Source of the DNA: Candidatus Magasanikbacteria bacterium UBA922 | GTDB lineage: Bacteria > Patescibacteriota > Patescibacteriia > Magasanikbacterales > UBA922 | NCBI GenBank assembly: GCA_002293825.1 | Contig: DBDW01000001.1 | Span: 3,314 to 67,313 of the forward strand | Reading direction: 5' to 3' | Length of the DNA: 64,000 bases | Shown: in pieces, positions 9,442 through 19,243 of the stretch | Layout: each line of letters starts with the position of its first letter | Position numbering within the stretch: position 1 is the stretch's first letter | Translations under genes and position numbers: made by a program | The notes under the pieces: generated by a model | What the model saw: the letters and a program-made list of their open reading frames with translations, nothing else | Databases searched by the model: none | Told to the model about the DNA's origin: nothing

Positions 9442-10923
9442 ATGGAACGAGAAGGACAGTACCACCCACTTGAAGAAATGCTCACCGAAGAAGAACAAGA
9501 ACATTCAGAGCATGAGGTAGTTCACCTGCCTGCACAACAGGAAAAATCACTCCTCAGCACTGCTGAAAAAATTGTGATTGCACGAAATCCTGAAGCAAAA
9601 AAAGCATTACTTGAGTGGCGACGCGTACACAAAATAATTGAAGCAAAACACGGACCACTCTCCACCGAACACGCAACAATGTTCTTCGCATGGGCACACG
9701 ATAATCAGAAAATAGATTTCTCACAAGACCCAAAACTTGAAAAGCTGTATAACCACTACGTAGGGCAAGAAAAAATAAAACAACAAGAACGCGTACTCGA
9801 TCGAGCGCGCAAGCGCCACGAGGAAGAAACTGATGAACTCCCATCAATCATGATTGATGAAGAGTATGCACAAGAAATCGCACCTGCACATGCATACGAA
9901 ATCAACACTCGTACACTGGTCAATATTCTCAAAAACAAGAAAGTCGAGCGCGCATATAAGACATGGACAGAGACGACTCAAGATCCTAACACACTAAAGG
10001 ATCGTGATTCAAAGGATGTTGCTGCAGAATTTATCAATTGGGCGACTGAACACACTGATATTGATTTTTCAAAATTGATCAAGGAAAAAAAGACTACACA
10101 GACCGAAACAGTCACACCTACTCCAGAACAAAAAATTGCTCTCGCAATTCGAACTGACAAATACCTACAACCACTCGTAGCAGAATGGGGCAAGCTTCAT
10201 GGAGAAAAAAATAAATCGTTCAAAACAATTTCCACCACAGAAGATATCATTGATTTCGCTGAATGGGCGCAGACAGAAAAAGCTCTTGATATCCCAGGAG
10301 AAACATATGCAAAACTTGATAAACTGCGGTATGATCTTGAGAACGGAAAAAGCACGTCTACATCTGAAGAGCCAAGTGTGATCGTCGATCCAGAATTACT
10401 CAAAGAATCAGAAGAAATAGACGAGGCACGCAGACGTGTGAATACGATTCCTGAAACACCTATCTCGACAGATACAGACAAAATCGATACTGAAATCACG
10501 TCATATCAAAGAAAAATATTCGACACCTACGGTATCCGCCTCACCGAGACTGGTGAACCAGCACGACCACAAGATGAATCAAAAATCAGAAACATGCTCG
10601 GACTCATTGACCCTGATGTACGAAAAATCCAGCGATCAGGATTCTTTGGAAAAATAAAAGGATTTTTCCAAGATATCGGCACTTCTGAAAACGAACGAAT
10701 GATGGCACGTGCATTCAAAAAAGATTTGAGTGGATTGACCCAACTCATCCTCAGTCAGCCACCTAAATATGGAGACCGAATGCCAGTCGGCAGATCAGTG
10801 GTACGAGAATCACACACAGATCATATCCAGCGAGGCTCGACGACGTACACACGCCACACCCCTCTGAGACGACCCGCACCAAAACGTCCACGAAAACCTC
10901 GTACTACCAAATCTCAATCATAA
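9442..10923 (+). CDS. Hypothetical acidic protein with three internal repeats (F..WA.....IDF motif) and a basic Pro/Arg/Lys C-terminal tail
   Basis: 493 aa ORF. Repeats seen at about aa 80-105, 190-215 and 268-297. No recognisable catalytic motif. Confidence 0.6.
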   Translation: MEREGQYHPLEEMLTEEEQEHSEHEVVHLPAQQEKSLLSTAEKIVIARNPEAKKALLEWRRVHKIIEAKHGPLSTEHATMFFAWAHDNQKIDFSQDPKLEKLYNHYVGQEKIKQQERVLDRARKRHEEETDELPSIMIDEEYAQEIAPAHAYEINTRTLVNILKNKKVERAYKTWTETTQDPNTLKDRDSKDVAAEFINWATEHTDIDFSKLIKEKKTTQTETVTPTPEQKIALAIRTDKYLQPLVAEWGKLHGEKNKSFKTISTTEDIIDFAEWAQTEKALDIPGETYAKLDKLRYDLENGKSTSTSEEPSVIVDPELLKESEEIDEARRRVNTIPETPISTDTDKIDTEITSYQRKIFDTYGIRLTETGEPARPQDESKIRNMLGLIDPDVRKIQRSGFFGKIKGFFQDIGTSENERMMARAFKKDLSGLTQLILSQPPKYGDRMPVGRSVVRESHTDHIQRGSTTYTRHTPLRRPAPKRPRKPRTTKSQS

Positions 10924-10961
10924 AAAAACTACACAACCCTCTCGATGAGGGTTGTGTATTG

Positions 10962-13079
10962 TTATAAGTCATCCAATGATTTGAGGAAACTTCTCACCGG
11001 CTTCCCCTCATCCTCAGGCTCGTAGGTAATATCATCCACATCATCACTCGGATCAGAAAACACAAGCGAACTCATGCGATCGGTCCGTTCATGATGCACG
11101 AGATCAGTACTAATCTCATCGATAAATGAACTCGGTCCCTGTAACATACTAAACGAACTCGCAAGCAAGGGATACGAAAGATATAAAAACTTTTTTGCAC
11201 GCGTAATTGCAACATAAAATAATCGACGCTCCTCTTCTACACCATCCCGTTCACGCATACTTCGCTCGCTCGGAAATTGACCTGCTGCCACATGCACGAT
11301 AAACACGGTCTCCCATTCCAGTCCTTTTGCCTGATGAATAGTCGAAAGTACAATTTTCTCCTGCTCAGTACTATCCGCACGCGCACCAGAAACAACAGTA
11401 TAGCTTTCCTGTAGACTGGCCTCAGCTAGAAAATCCGAAAGACGAGAATCACCTTCTCGGGTTATATATTGATCTGCAAAAACCGCAAGTTGCTCAATAT
11501 CCTGCATACGTTCACGATAATCAGGATATTCTGCTTCGAGATATTCTTTGTATGGAGACGCACATATTCCTCGTATCATCTCTCCTGGACCTCGCGCATA
11601 CCCAGCATCGACTTCATTCCAGATACGCAGAAATTCTGCCCACCCGAGCTGTCCACGTGCTGAGAGTACTGCACCCACCCGATCAAGCGAATCCTCAGCA
11701 GTGCTCGACTTCACCGCCTGAATGATTTTCTCAGCACCCGACGGGCCGATACCTGTCTGCATCGTGAGTACTCGCATCCACGCGATCGTATCCCCACGAT
11801 TCGCATATATTCGAAGATATGCGAGCACATCTTTCACATGTGCACGCTCGAAAAATCGAACTCCCCCACGATAGTCATAGGGAATCTGCCGACGCGTCAA
11901 TTCAATTTCAAGTGCTTGGGAATGAAATGCTGCTCGAAACAAAACCGCAATTTCAGACAACGACACTCCTTCGTCTGATAATTCGAGAATCCTATCAGCG
12001 ATAAAACGAGCTTCTTCGGCACTATCGACAAATGCATGAATTTCGGGTTTCGTAAATCGTTCACGTACACTTTTTAATTCTTTTTTATACTGTCGTGTAT
12101 TCTGCGCAATCACTTCATTTGCCACGTTCAAAATGTCTGGAGTCGAACGATAATTGGTCTCCAGCCGAAAAATCCGTGCATTCGGATACTGGCGCTCAAA
12201 CTCAAGAATATTGGTAATATCCGCGGCACGAAATGAATAAATACTTTGCGCATCATCTCCTACCACAAGCACATTGTGATGTATCGAACTGCACAATCGG
12301 ATGATTGAAGCCTGTATCTTATTCGTATCCTGATACTCATCCACCATAATATAGCGAAATTGTGTCGCATATATCGTACGAATCTGTTCTGAAGAAGAAA
12401 GTAATAAAAACAAATGTACCAATAAATCATCAAAATCCATCACATTGGCATCTCGCTTGCGTCTACGATACGCATCTGCCACCCGAGACAATGTGTCAGC
12501 ATGTTCGATCCATTGCGGATATTTTTCTTCAAGCACATCAGCAATGGTCCGTTCAGCATTGCGTGCAAAACTCAATAATGCACCGACCACGGCAGGAGAT
12601 GGAAATCGCTTATTACTCCGATCAATCCCTTCTGACGCAATACATAATTTCAACATGTCTTTTGCGTCTTCAGAATCGAGAATACTAAAGGTATGAGTAA
12701 ATCCCATTACGGTTGCGTATTTTTTCAAAATCCGATAGGCAATATGATGAAATGTTCCTGACCATGGTAATTGTATGCGCCCACCAGTAAGACCTGCTAC
12801 ACGTGACGCCATTTCTCGTGCTGCTTTATTGGTAAACGTGAGTAATAAAATAGACGCAGGATCTACACCACGTTCCAATAAATATGCGACTCGATAGGTA
12901 ATTGCACGCGTCTTACCACTCCCTGCCCCCGCTAATACGAGACATGCCCCATCACCGTTACGTACCACCTCCAATTGTTCTTTATTTAATTCTTGTTCAA
13001 AATTAATCATATAAAATTCTGAAGCTACGTACGAATACGTAGCTTTATCCCCCCTTTGATTACTCTGAGACATTCCCAT
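10962..13079 (-). CDS. uvrD: ATP-dependent DNA helicase, UvrD/PcrA/Rep family
   Basis: Walker A GAGSGKT, LTFTNKAAREM, DEYQDTN and C-terminal helicase motifs; 705 aa. Confidence 0.9.
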   Translation of the reverse strand: MGMSQSNQRGDKATYSYVASEFYMINFEQELNKEQLEVVRNGDGACLVLAGAGSGKTRAITYRVAYLLERGVDPASILLLTFTNKAAREMASRVAGLTGGRIQLPWSGTFHHIAYRILKKYATVMGFTHTFSILDSEDAKDMLKLCIASEGIDRSNKRFPSPAVVGALLSFARNAERTIADVLEEKYPQWIEHADTLSRVADAYRRRKRDANVMDFDDLLVHLFLLLSSSEQIRTIYATQFRYIMVDEYQDTNKIQASIIRLCSSIHHNVLVVGDDAQSIYSFRAADITNILEFERQYPNARIFRLETNYRSTPDILNVANEVIAQNTRQYKKELKSVRERFTKPEIHAFVDSAEEARFIADRILELSDEGVSLSEIAVLFRAAFHSQALEIELTRRQIPYDYRGGVRFFERAHVKDVLAYLRIYANRGDTIAWMRVLTMQTGIGPSGAEKIIQAVKSSTAEDSLDRVGAVLSARGQLGWAEFLRIWNEVDAGYARGPGEMIRGICASPYKEYLEAEYPDYRERMQDIEQLAVFADQYITREGDSRLSDFLAEASLQESYTVVSGARADSTEQEKIVLSTIHQAKGLEWETVFIVHVAAGQFPSERSMRERDGVEEERRLFYVAITRAKKFLYLSYPLLASSFSMLQGPSSFIDEISTDLVHHERTDRMSSLVFSDPSDDVDDITYEPEDEGKPVRSFLKSLDDL

Positions 13080-13125
13080 GTATAGCGAGAAGTATACACT
13101 TCCCGCTATACACAGAAATAGACTA

Positions 13126-13401
13126 CTACGAACCCGTCACCTGTCGCTTGAGCACCTTGAGTGCCCTGCGCTCCTCCCTGCGCTTCGCCTTGTTCGAGAC
13201 AAACGCATCAGAGAGCGGGATCACGTTCCCCTCACTCGACTCTTCCGTCGACACATGCTCCTTCCAGTGTGGACTCTTGTCGTAAAAACCTCCACGAGCA
13301 GTGCAGTCAGCACACTCAGCACCACTCGTCTCAGTGATCTGGTCTGTACCGTTGTCGATCTCGAGGACAACGACACTGCACCCACAAAACACTCTGAGCA
13401 T
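13126..13401 (-). CDS. Hypothetical small Cys-rich (CGC...CADC) protein with a basic tail, GC-rich, probably horizontally acquired
   Basis: Internal ATG preceded by AGGGAGGGG then 4 nt. High-GC codon usage. The longer ORF-track model (to 13473) lacks a ribosome-binding site. Confidence 0.35.
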   Translation of the reverse strand: MLRVFCGCSVVVLEIDNGTDQITETSGAECADCTARGGFYDKSPHWKEHVSTEESSEGNVIPLSDAFVSNKAKRREERRALKVLKRQVTGS

Positions 13402-13612
13402 GTGACCCCTCCCTATTCCGCAAAGGACACACCACGCATGACCTCGAGCAGGCACGCACCTGCTACTGACCACAAGATCGTCGCGGCAATTTCAAGGTAC
13501 GAATCCAAGAGGTTGGAAATAAACATCATGGATCACCTCGTGGAGAAAAACACTAGAATCAATCATATCGTCAATTGAAAAAAAATACAAATTCTGTTAG
13601 TGTAGACAACAT

Positions 13613-14776
13613 ATGTTATTTGAAATCACACAACAATCTAGTGAATGTGCGGCGCGCACCGGTATTATTCACACCGACCATGGAGATATTCACACTCCGA
13701 TATTTATGCCCGTGGGTACCCAAGCAAGTGTAAAATCGCTTGATTCTTCTGATGTCAAAAATACCGGAGCGGAAATCATTCTTGCGAACACCTATCACCT
13801 ACATCTCCGACCAGGAGAAGATTTGATAGATACTGCAGGAGGCCTTCACAGATTCATGGGATGGGATGGGCCCATACTTACTGATAGTGGAGGATTTCAA
13901 GTACTCTCGCTCGGTGCTCAAAAAACCAGAACCAAAGGTGGTGAAGCATTGTCAAAAATAGATGACAATGGAGTTACCTTCAAAAGTCATATCGATGGAT
14001 CGACCCATCGATTTACCCCAGAAATTGCAATCGATATTCAGCACAAGCTCGGTGCCGACATCATCATGGCGTTCGACGAAGCCACACCCGACGATGCGAC
14101 CGAAGCATATGCAAAAGAAGTGCTCAATCGCACACATCGCTGGGCGAAAGAATCACTTGACGCGCACAAAAAAGAAACCACTCGCCATGGATACCGACAA
14201 TTTTTGTTTGGAATCATCCAGGGTGGAGTGCACAAAAATTTACGTATTGAAAGCGCACAAGCGATCACGGCCATGGAGTTTGACGGTATCGCACTTGGTG
14301 GAGAATCAATCGGATACAACATGCCCGTTACGAGACAAATCCTCGAATGGGTCACACCCTATTTACCAAAAGAAAAACCACGCTACACCATGGGTGTCGG
14401 ATATTCACCACTTGATCTCTTCGACGTGGTCGAGCATGGTATCGACATGTTCGATTGTGTCGCACCTACACGCATTGCACGCAATGGTACACTCTTTGAT
14501 CAGTGTGCAAAAGATAGTAATTTCAGAATCTCGATTACCAATGCGCAATACAAGCACGATTTTTCTCCAATCGACCCGACCAATACACTACCCGAACACA
14601 TAAATGTTTCAAAAGCATATCTACACCATCTTTTCAAAGCAGAAGAGCTGGCAGCATACCGCATCGCAACCATGCACAATCTCACCTTCCTCCTCACACT
14701 CATGAAACAGATGCGAGCAGCAATTGCAGAAGACAGGTTTTTTGAATTTAAAAAAGAATGGACTCAGCGCTCATAA
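13613..14776 (+). CDS. tgt: Queuine tRNA-ribosyltransferase
   Basis: PVGTQASVK, DSGGFQ, LGGESIG, MFDCVAPTRIARNG. The canonical CxCxxC zinc motif before AYLHHL is replaced by TNTLPEH. Confidence 0.9.
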   Translation: MLFEITQQSSECAARTGIIHTDHGDIHTPIFMPVGTQASVKSLDSSDVKNTGAEIILANTYHLHLRPGEDLIDTAGGLHRFMGWDGPILTDSGGFQVLSLGAQKTRTKGGEALSKIDDNGVTFKSHIDGSTHRFTPEIAIDIQHKLGADIIMAFDEATPDDATEAYAKEVLNRTHRWAKESLDAHKKETTRHGYRQFLFGIIQGGVHKNLRIESAQAITAMEFDGIALGGESIGYNMPVTRQILEWVTPYLPKEKPRYTMGVGYSPLDLFDVVEHGIDMFDCVAPTRIARNGTLFDQCAKDSNFRISITNAQYKHDFSPIDPTNTLPEHINVSKAYLHHLFKAEELAAYRIATMHNLTFLLTLMKQMRAAIAEDRFFEFKKEWTQRS

Positions 14777-14824
14777 CATCTCAAAAACATATCACACTCG
14801 CAACAGTATACGCACCTGAACCTT

Positions 14825-15292
14825 ATGCGCATTACCCTCATCTCTATCGGCAAACTCAAAGAATCTTACTGGAAAGAAGCCGAAACCGAATATCTGAAAC
14901 GCCTTACTCCGTATGCAAAAATGGAAATTATTGAGCATAAAGAAATTGCGTTTGGAAACAAAGACAATCCTGAAACAATCAAAACAAAAGAAGCAGAACT
15001 AATTCTCGCGTCACTTCCCCATCAGTCATACAGTATCGCACTCGATCCTCGAGGCACATCATTTTCATCAGAAAATCTCGCGGAAAAAATACGCGAACTC
15101 GAACACGAGACTTCTCACATCGCTATAATTATTGGAGGTCCTTTAGGAATTCACGAATCAGTATTCACCAGAGTCAATCTAAAACTCTCCCTCTCGGCAC
15201 TCACCTTCACCCACCAGATGACACGAGTCATCCTCGAAGAGCAGTTGTACCGCGCGTATATGATCAAAAACGGAAAACCCTATCACCACTAA
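14825..15292 (+). CDS. rlmH: 23S rRNA (pseudouridine1915-N3)-methyltransferase RlmH
   Basis: 155 aa SPOUT family; MRITLISIGKLK...EQLYRAYMIKNGKPYHH C-terminus typical of RlmH. Confidence 0.85.
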   Translation: MRITLISIGKLKESYWKEAETEYLKRLTPYAKMEIIEHKEIAFGNKDNPETIKTKEAELILASLPHQSYSIALDPRGTSFSSENLAEKIRELEHETSHIAIIIGGPLGIHESVFTRVNLKLSLSALTFTHQMTRVILEEQLYRAYMIKNGKPYHH

Positions 15293-15340
15293 TCTTGACA
15301 AACACACAGATACTCTATATAGTGTCACGGTCTCTACACA

Positions 15341-15362
15341 AACGCATACAAAAATATGCGTT
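15341..15362. promoter_or_regulatory. Inverted repeat AACGCATA-N6-TATGCGTT immediately upstream of the small HTH gene (candidate operator)
   Basis: Perfect 8 bp arms read from sequence. Confidence 0.3.
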
Positions 15363-15376
15363 TTACGTTCCATAGG

Positions 15377-15565
15377 AGGAATCTCGTGCACGACACCACA
15401 AACCGCATCATCCCCATGACCGAACTCTCGCGACTGGTGAGGACCCAGCTCAGTCTCCGGGCCAAGAAACTCGGCATGGAACTCGGCTCACGTGTCCTGG
15501 CTCAGATGATGGGGAGTTCGCTCTCTGTCCGGCTCAAGAAGCGTGAGCACACGCCGAAGAAGTAG
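15377..15565 (+). CDS. Hypothetical small HTH-like (XRE-type?) protein, GC-rich
   Basis: GTG start preceded by GGAGG then 6 nt; 62 aa; helix-turn-helix-like segment LRAKKLGMELGSRVLAQMMG. Confidence 0.35.
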   Translation, partial: RNLVHDTTNRIIPMTELSRLVRTQLSLRAKKLGMELGSRVLAQMMGSSLSVRLKKREHTPKK

Positions 15566-15597
15566 TGAGCACACGGCACGGGAGGGATATGAGACAA

Positions 15598-15676
15598 TCA
15601 AAAAACCACCCGCTGCCACATGATATTCCAAATACTTGGAATCTTATGTGGGAGGATTCGGGTGGTTTTTTATTTA
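15598..15676. terminator. Long extended hairpin (outer stem AAAAACCACCCG/CGGGTGGTTTTT) acting as a bidirectional terminator between the HTH gene and queA
   Basis: 12 bp GC-rich outer stem enclosing an imperfect inner hairpin, with flanking A-run and T-run. Confidence 0.55.
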
Positions 15677-15677
15677 G

Positions 15678-16760
15678 TTAAGAAATAAACATCGCATCTC
15701 CAAAACTATAAAACCGATACTGTTCTTCCACAGCCGTGCGATAACAATCCAACACAAACTCTCGATCTCCTACAAATGCAGACACGAGCATGAGCAGTGT
15801 AGATTTCGGTAAATGAAAATTGGTAATCAGCGCGTCAACAATCCTGAATTGGAATCCTGGTGTAATAAAAATATTAATATCTCCACGATATGGAACAATC
15901 TCCCCCTGATGAAGCGACGCGACACCCTCAAGCGTTCGTACCGTCGTCGTACCGACAGCAATAATGCGCTGTCCTTCGTGTCGTGCACGAGTAATGATGT
16001 TGGCAGTCTCTCCTGAAATTTCCACCCATTCGCTATGCATAGTGTGATCTTCCACTCGTTCAGCTTTCACGGGCAAAAATGTACCCAATCCCACATGTAG
16101 CGTCACCTCGGCAAATACCACCCCTTTGGCTTTCAAACGCTCAATCAATTCAGGAGTAAAATGAAATCCTGCGGTCGGTGCCGCTACCGATCCTTCGGGT
16201 CGCGCATATACGGTCTGATAACTCTCGAGTGCGTGTACCTCATCTTTTACATAGGGTGGAATCGGTATTGATCCATACTGATTTGCTTTTCTCCGTACCT
16301 CGTCCTCAGTATCTGGAAATTGCACCAATATCGTCCCATTTTTTTCTTTTACCATGACCTCGCAATAAAAATCTGGTGCAAAACGCACAATCATACCTGG
16401 TACGATTCGTCGTCCAGGTTTACCCAATACTTTCCACACACCCTGATTTTGCATCGGCCGTACCAAAAAAATTTCCACCTCTCTCTGATGCAATAACGCA
16501 CGATCAGGTACGCCATCCTGATTGATATCACGATCACTCGATTCCAATCTTCCCGTCAATCGTGCCTTAAACACTTTTGAATTATTCCACACGACCACAT
16601 CACCCGACGTGAAATATTCGACCACATCATAAAAATGCCGATGTTCGACTACATGTGAATCACGCTGAATCACCATGAGCCGAGAATGATCTCGTGGTTC
16701 AATTGATTTCTGTGCAATGCGTTCGGGCGGAAGATGATAGTCAAAGTCAGTGGTATGCAT
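15678..16760 (-). CDS. queA: S-adenosylmethionine:tRNA ribosyltransferase-isomerase
   Basis: FDYHLPPERIAQ N-terminus, TNFHLPKSTLLMLVSAF motif. Start set at the internal Met; the ORF-track start at 16835 is probably too early. Confidence 0.9.
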   Translation of the reverse strand: MHTTDFDYHLPPERIAQKSIEPRDHSRLMVIQRDSHVVEHRHFYDVVEYFTSGDVVVWNNSKVFKARLTGRLESSDRDINQDGVPDRALLHQREVEIFLVRPMQNQGVWKVLGKPGRRIVPGMIVRFAPDFYCEVMVKEKNGTILVQFPDTEDEVRRKANQYGSIPIPPYVKDEVHALESYQTVYARPEGSVAAPTAGFHFTPELIERLKAKGVVFAEVTLHVGLGTFLPVKAERVEDHTMHSEWVEISGETANIITRARHEGQRIIAVGTTTVRTLEGVASLHQGEIVPYRGDINIFITPGFQFRIVDALITNFHLPKSTLLMLVSAFVGDREFVLDCYRTAVEEQYRFYSFGDAMFIS

Positions 16761-16859
16761 ACAGAGAAAAAATGTATGAAGTATAGTCAGTGTACAAAGA
16801 TACAATAACGCATCATGAGTGTTATTATGTTCCAACTCTACCCTAGAACCAATTTTTTT

Positions 16860-18191
16860 TCAATTACGATGAATCTCGACAAATGCAGATACCATAGGAT
16901 CCATCCAAATATGATGTCGACGAAGCGGTCGTCTGAGTTCAAGCCCATCAAGACTCCTGCATCGAGACAGTGCCACATAGACCTGCCCAGACGCAAAACT
17001 ACCACTCCCAATATCGAGCATAATGCGATCAAATGTCTTACCTTGTGCCTTATGAATCGTAACTGCCCACGCCAATTTTATCGGATATTGTATAAACGAA
17101 CCCACAACCTCTGACTCTACCTGCGAAGTCGAGGGATCAAAATAAAATCGATGCATGTCCCACGTATACTTCCCAATCTTCACTCGTGCTCCCGAATCAA
17201 GCGCTACTTCGATTTTCTCTTCACCCCCATCTTCCCCTTCTATAAATCGAGTAATCGACCCGGTACTCCCATTATGCCACGCACCCGACGCATCATTATG
17301 CAGGAGCATTACACGCGCGCCTTTTTTCAACACCAATTCCTGATCAGTAGGAAACGCAGAACGATCGAATCGATGCGCTGCAGTACCTACAAATACACGC
17401 TCTTCAGCAGGAAGTGCTTTCAATCGTGCACGATTCACCTCAGATGCCAATTTATTGGTCGTGGTAATCCACAAGCCATTATACGATTCATCACGAAAAT
17501 GATCCTCCACCCGACGCTGATTCAACACCTGTAATTGCTCTTCGGTAAGTGTCGCATCTCTCACTGCATTGAGTAGTGAAATAAATTCCTGATCTTTTTG
17601 CCGATAGATTCGATCGAGCTCTATCATCTCCAGCAAAAACACCGCCTCTTCAAGGAGAGTACGTTGCCTCCCTCCCATACATACACGAGATGAAAAAAAA
17701 TATGGTGATCCATACCGATCATTGAAGACATCCGCATCTTGTCTCGTAACTACGGGTGGCAATTGATACAAATCTCCAATGAGAATCATCTGCACTCCCC
17801 CAAACGGCTTTCGACGATCACGGCCCATCTTTCGCATGAAAATATCAATACAATCAAACAAATCTGCTCTCACCATTGAAATCTCATCAATTACAATCGC
17901 ATCAAGTTTTCGATAAATATTCACTTCATCCCCATGCTTCTTTGGAAATTTCACGGTATCTGGTGTGGTCGACGGAGTAAACCCAAAAAACGAATGAATC
18001 GTCTGTCCCTGCACATTCACTGCAGCTACTCCCGTAGGAGCAAGCACCACAATATTTTTCTTCGTTTTCGAGCGAAAATATGACAATAAGGTAGACTTGC
18101 CCGTACCCGCTCTACCAGTAATAAAAAGATTCGCATGGCTATATTCCATACGATCAAACGCATACGAAAATTTTTCATTATGCTCAATCAT
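16860..18191 (-). CDS. PIF1/RecD-like ATP-dependent DNA helicase (AAA_30 plus UvrD_C_2-like C-terminus)
   Basis: Walker A GRAGTGKST, DEISM (Walker B), C-terminal IHKAQGKTFD...VALSRCRSLDGL. Confidence 0.8.
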   Translation of the reverse strand: MIEHNEKFSYAFDRMEYSHANLFITGRAGTGKSTLLSYFRSKTKKNIVVLAPTGVAAVNVQGQTIHSFFGFTPSTTPDTVKFPKKHGDEVNIYRKLDAIVIDEISMVRADLFDCIDIFMRKMGRDRRKPFGGVQMILIGDLYQLPPVVTRQDADVFNDRYGSPYFFSSRVCMGGRQRTLLEEAVFLLEMIELDRIYRQKDQEFISLLNAVRDATLTEEQLQVLNQRRVEDHFRDESYNGLWITTTNKLASEVNRARLKALPAEERVFVGTAAHRFDRSAFPTDQELVLKKGARVMLLHNDASGAWHNGSTGSITRFIEGEDGGEEKIEVALDSGARVKIGKYTWDMHRFYFDPSTSQVESEVVGSFIQYPIKLAWAVTIHKAQGKTFDRIMLDIGSGSFASGQVYVALSRCRSLDGLELRRPLRRHHIWMDPMVSAFVEIHRN

Positions 18192-18210
18192 ACATACTCA
18201 CTAGTGTATG

Positions 18211-18750
18211 CTACAATCGATACTTTTTCAACTCACGCACATGCTCCTGATACTCCGGAAGAATAGAAGCTACTGCTGCCCAAAATTTCTTCGAATGATT
18301 GTGTTGCCTCAGATGACACAATTCATGTACGACAATGTAGTCACGAAGATGATCAGGTAAAAATAAAAGCTTGTAGGTAAAATTGAGATTGCCCTGTGTA
18401 GAACAACTTCCCCACCGACTCGACGTATTTTTAATCGAAATTCTTGCATACTCGAATCCATACTGTTCAGCAAAATATTTCACTCGTTCACTAATCACTT
18501 TCTTTGCCCGAGCCTTATTCGCATGATACGAATACCCACGACCATCAAAAGACGACTTTCTATGCATCTTCATCTTTTCTCGGGCGTCATCAATCCATGT
18601 TTTTTTTGCCTGCACAAATCTTTCAATCATGGCTCTTGGCACCAGAACAGGTGCAGTCACCCGAACAATACCCTTTGCAGTAACCGAAAGGGTGATACGA
18701 CGAGTACGTGTGCGACGAATAATTGAATATTCCATACCACCCCTCACCAC
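18211..18750 (-). CDS. DUF45/YgjP-like zinc metallohydrolase (WLM-like, HExxH)
   Basis: SRWGSCS...HELCHLRQHNHS motif. Confidence 0.8.
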   Translation of the reverse strand: MVRGGMEYSIIRRTRTRRITLSVTAKGIVRVTAPVLVPRAMIERFVQAKKTWIDDAREKMKMHRKSSFDGRGYSYHANKARAKKVISERVKYFAEQYGFEYARISIKNTSSRWGSCSTQGNLNFTYKLLFLPDHLRDYIVVHELCHLRQHNHSKKFWAAVASILPEYQEHVRELKKYRL

Positions 18751-18756
18751 AGTAGC

Positions 18757-19221
18757 TTACTTCTCCGCAATTTCTTTCAATAGTGCAAGTGCTTTTGGCC
18801 AGGTAGTGTCAAACATTTCTTTGTATTCCTCATTAGTATCTACATCCACCATCACCTGTGTACCTCCATCCTTTTCTACAAATGTATAGTTCTCGAATGC
18901 TGGTGTCCATTTTTTTACTTCGTCGCTCGTCGTATCTACAGTACCCTCACTATCAATAATTCCCACATGCTGGATTGAAATAAATTCATGCGTTCTGTTT
19001 TCTACCACACGTGATGCCATACCACCCTTGTTTCCATCATCATCGACTCCGATAAACTTAAGGTCAGACCCCTGGTCCCAGCTTCCCTCAAACCAGGTAT
19101 CAGTCGTGTTTCCTGGACTAAAGGGCTTGGTCCACTGCTTGTAGGTTTCCATCCCAAGCATGGTATTCCATACTTTTTCGACTGGTGCTGCAATAAATAT
19201 CTCATGATGTAGTTTTTCCAT
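18757..19221 (-). CDS. SRPBCC/AHSA1-like (activator of Hsp90 ATPase homolog-like) domain protein
   Basis: 154 aa; IFIAAPVEKVWNTM...KQWTKPF pattern of the AHSA1/SRPBCC family. Confidence 0.6.
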   Translation of the reverse strand: MEKLHHEIFIAAPVEKVWNTMLGMETYKQWTKPFSPGNTTDTWFEGSWDQGSDLKFIGVDDDGNKGGMASRVVENRTHEFISIQHVGIIDSEGTVDTTSDEVKKWTPAFENYTFVEKDGGTQVMVDVDTNEEYKEMFDTTWPKALALLKEIAEK

Positions 19222-19243
19222 ATGATCAACGTAAAATATTAAT

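Noticed and set aside
13078-13578. 166 aa + strand ORF in the GC-rich patch
   Set aside because: Low-complexity R/L/S-rich product with no ribosome-binding site. The opposite-strand 91 aa ORF with a GGGAGG site is preferred.
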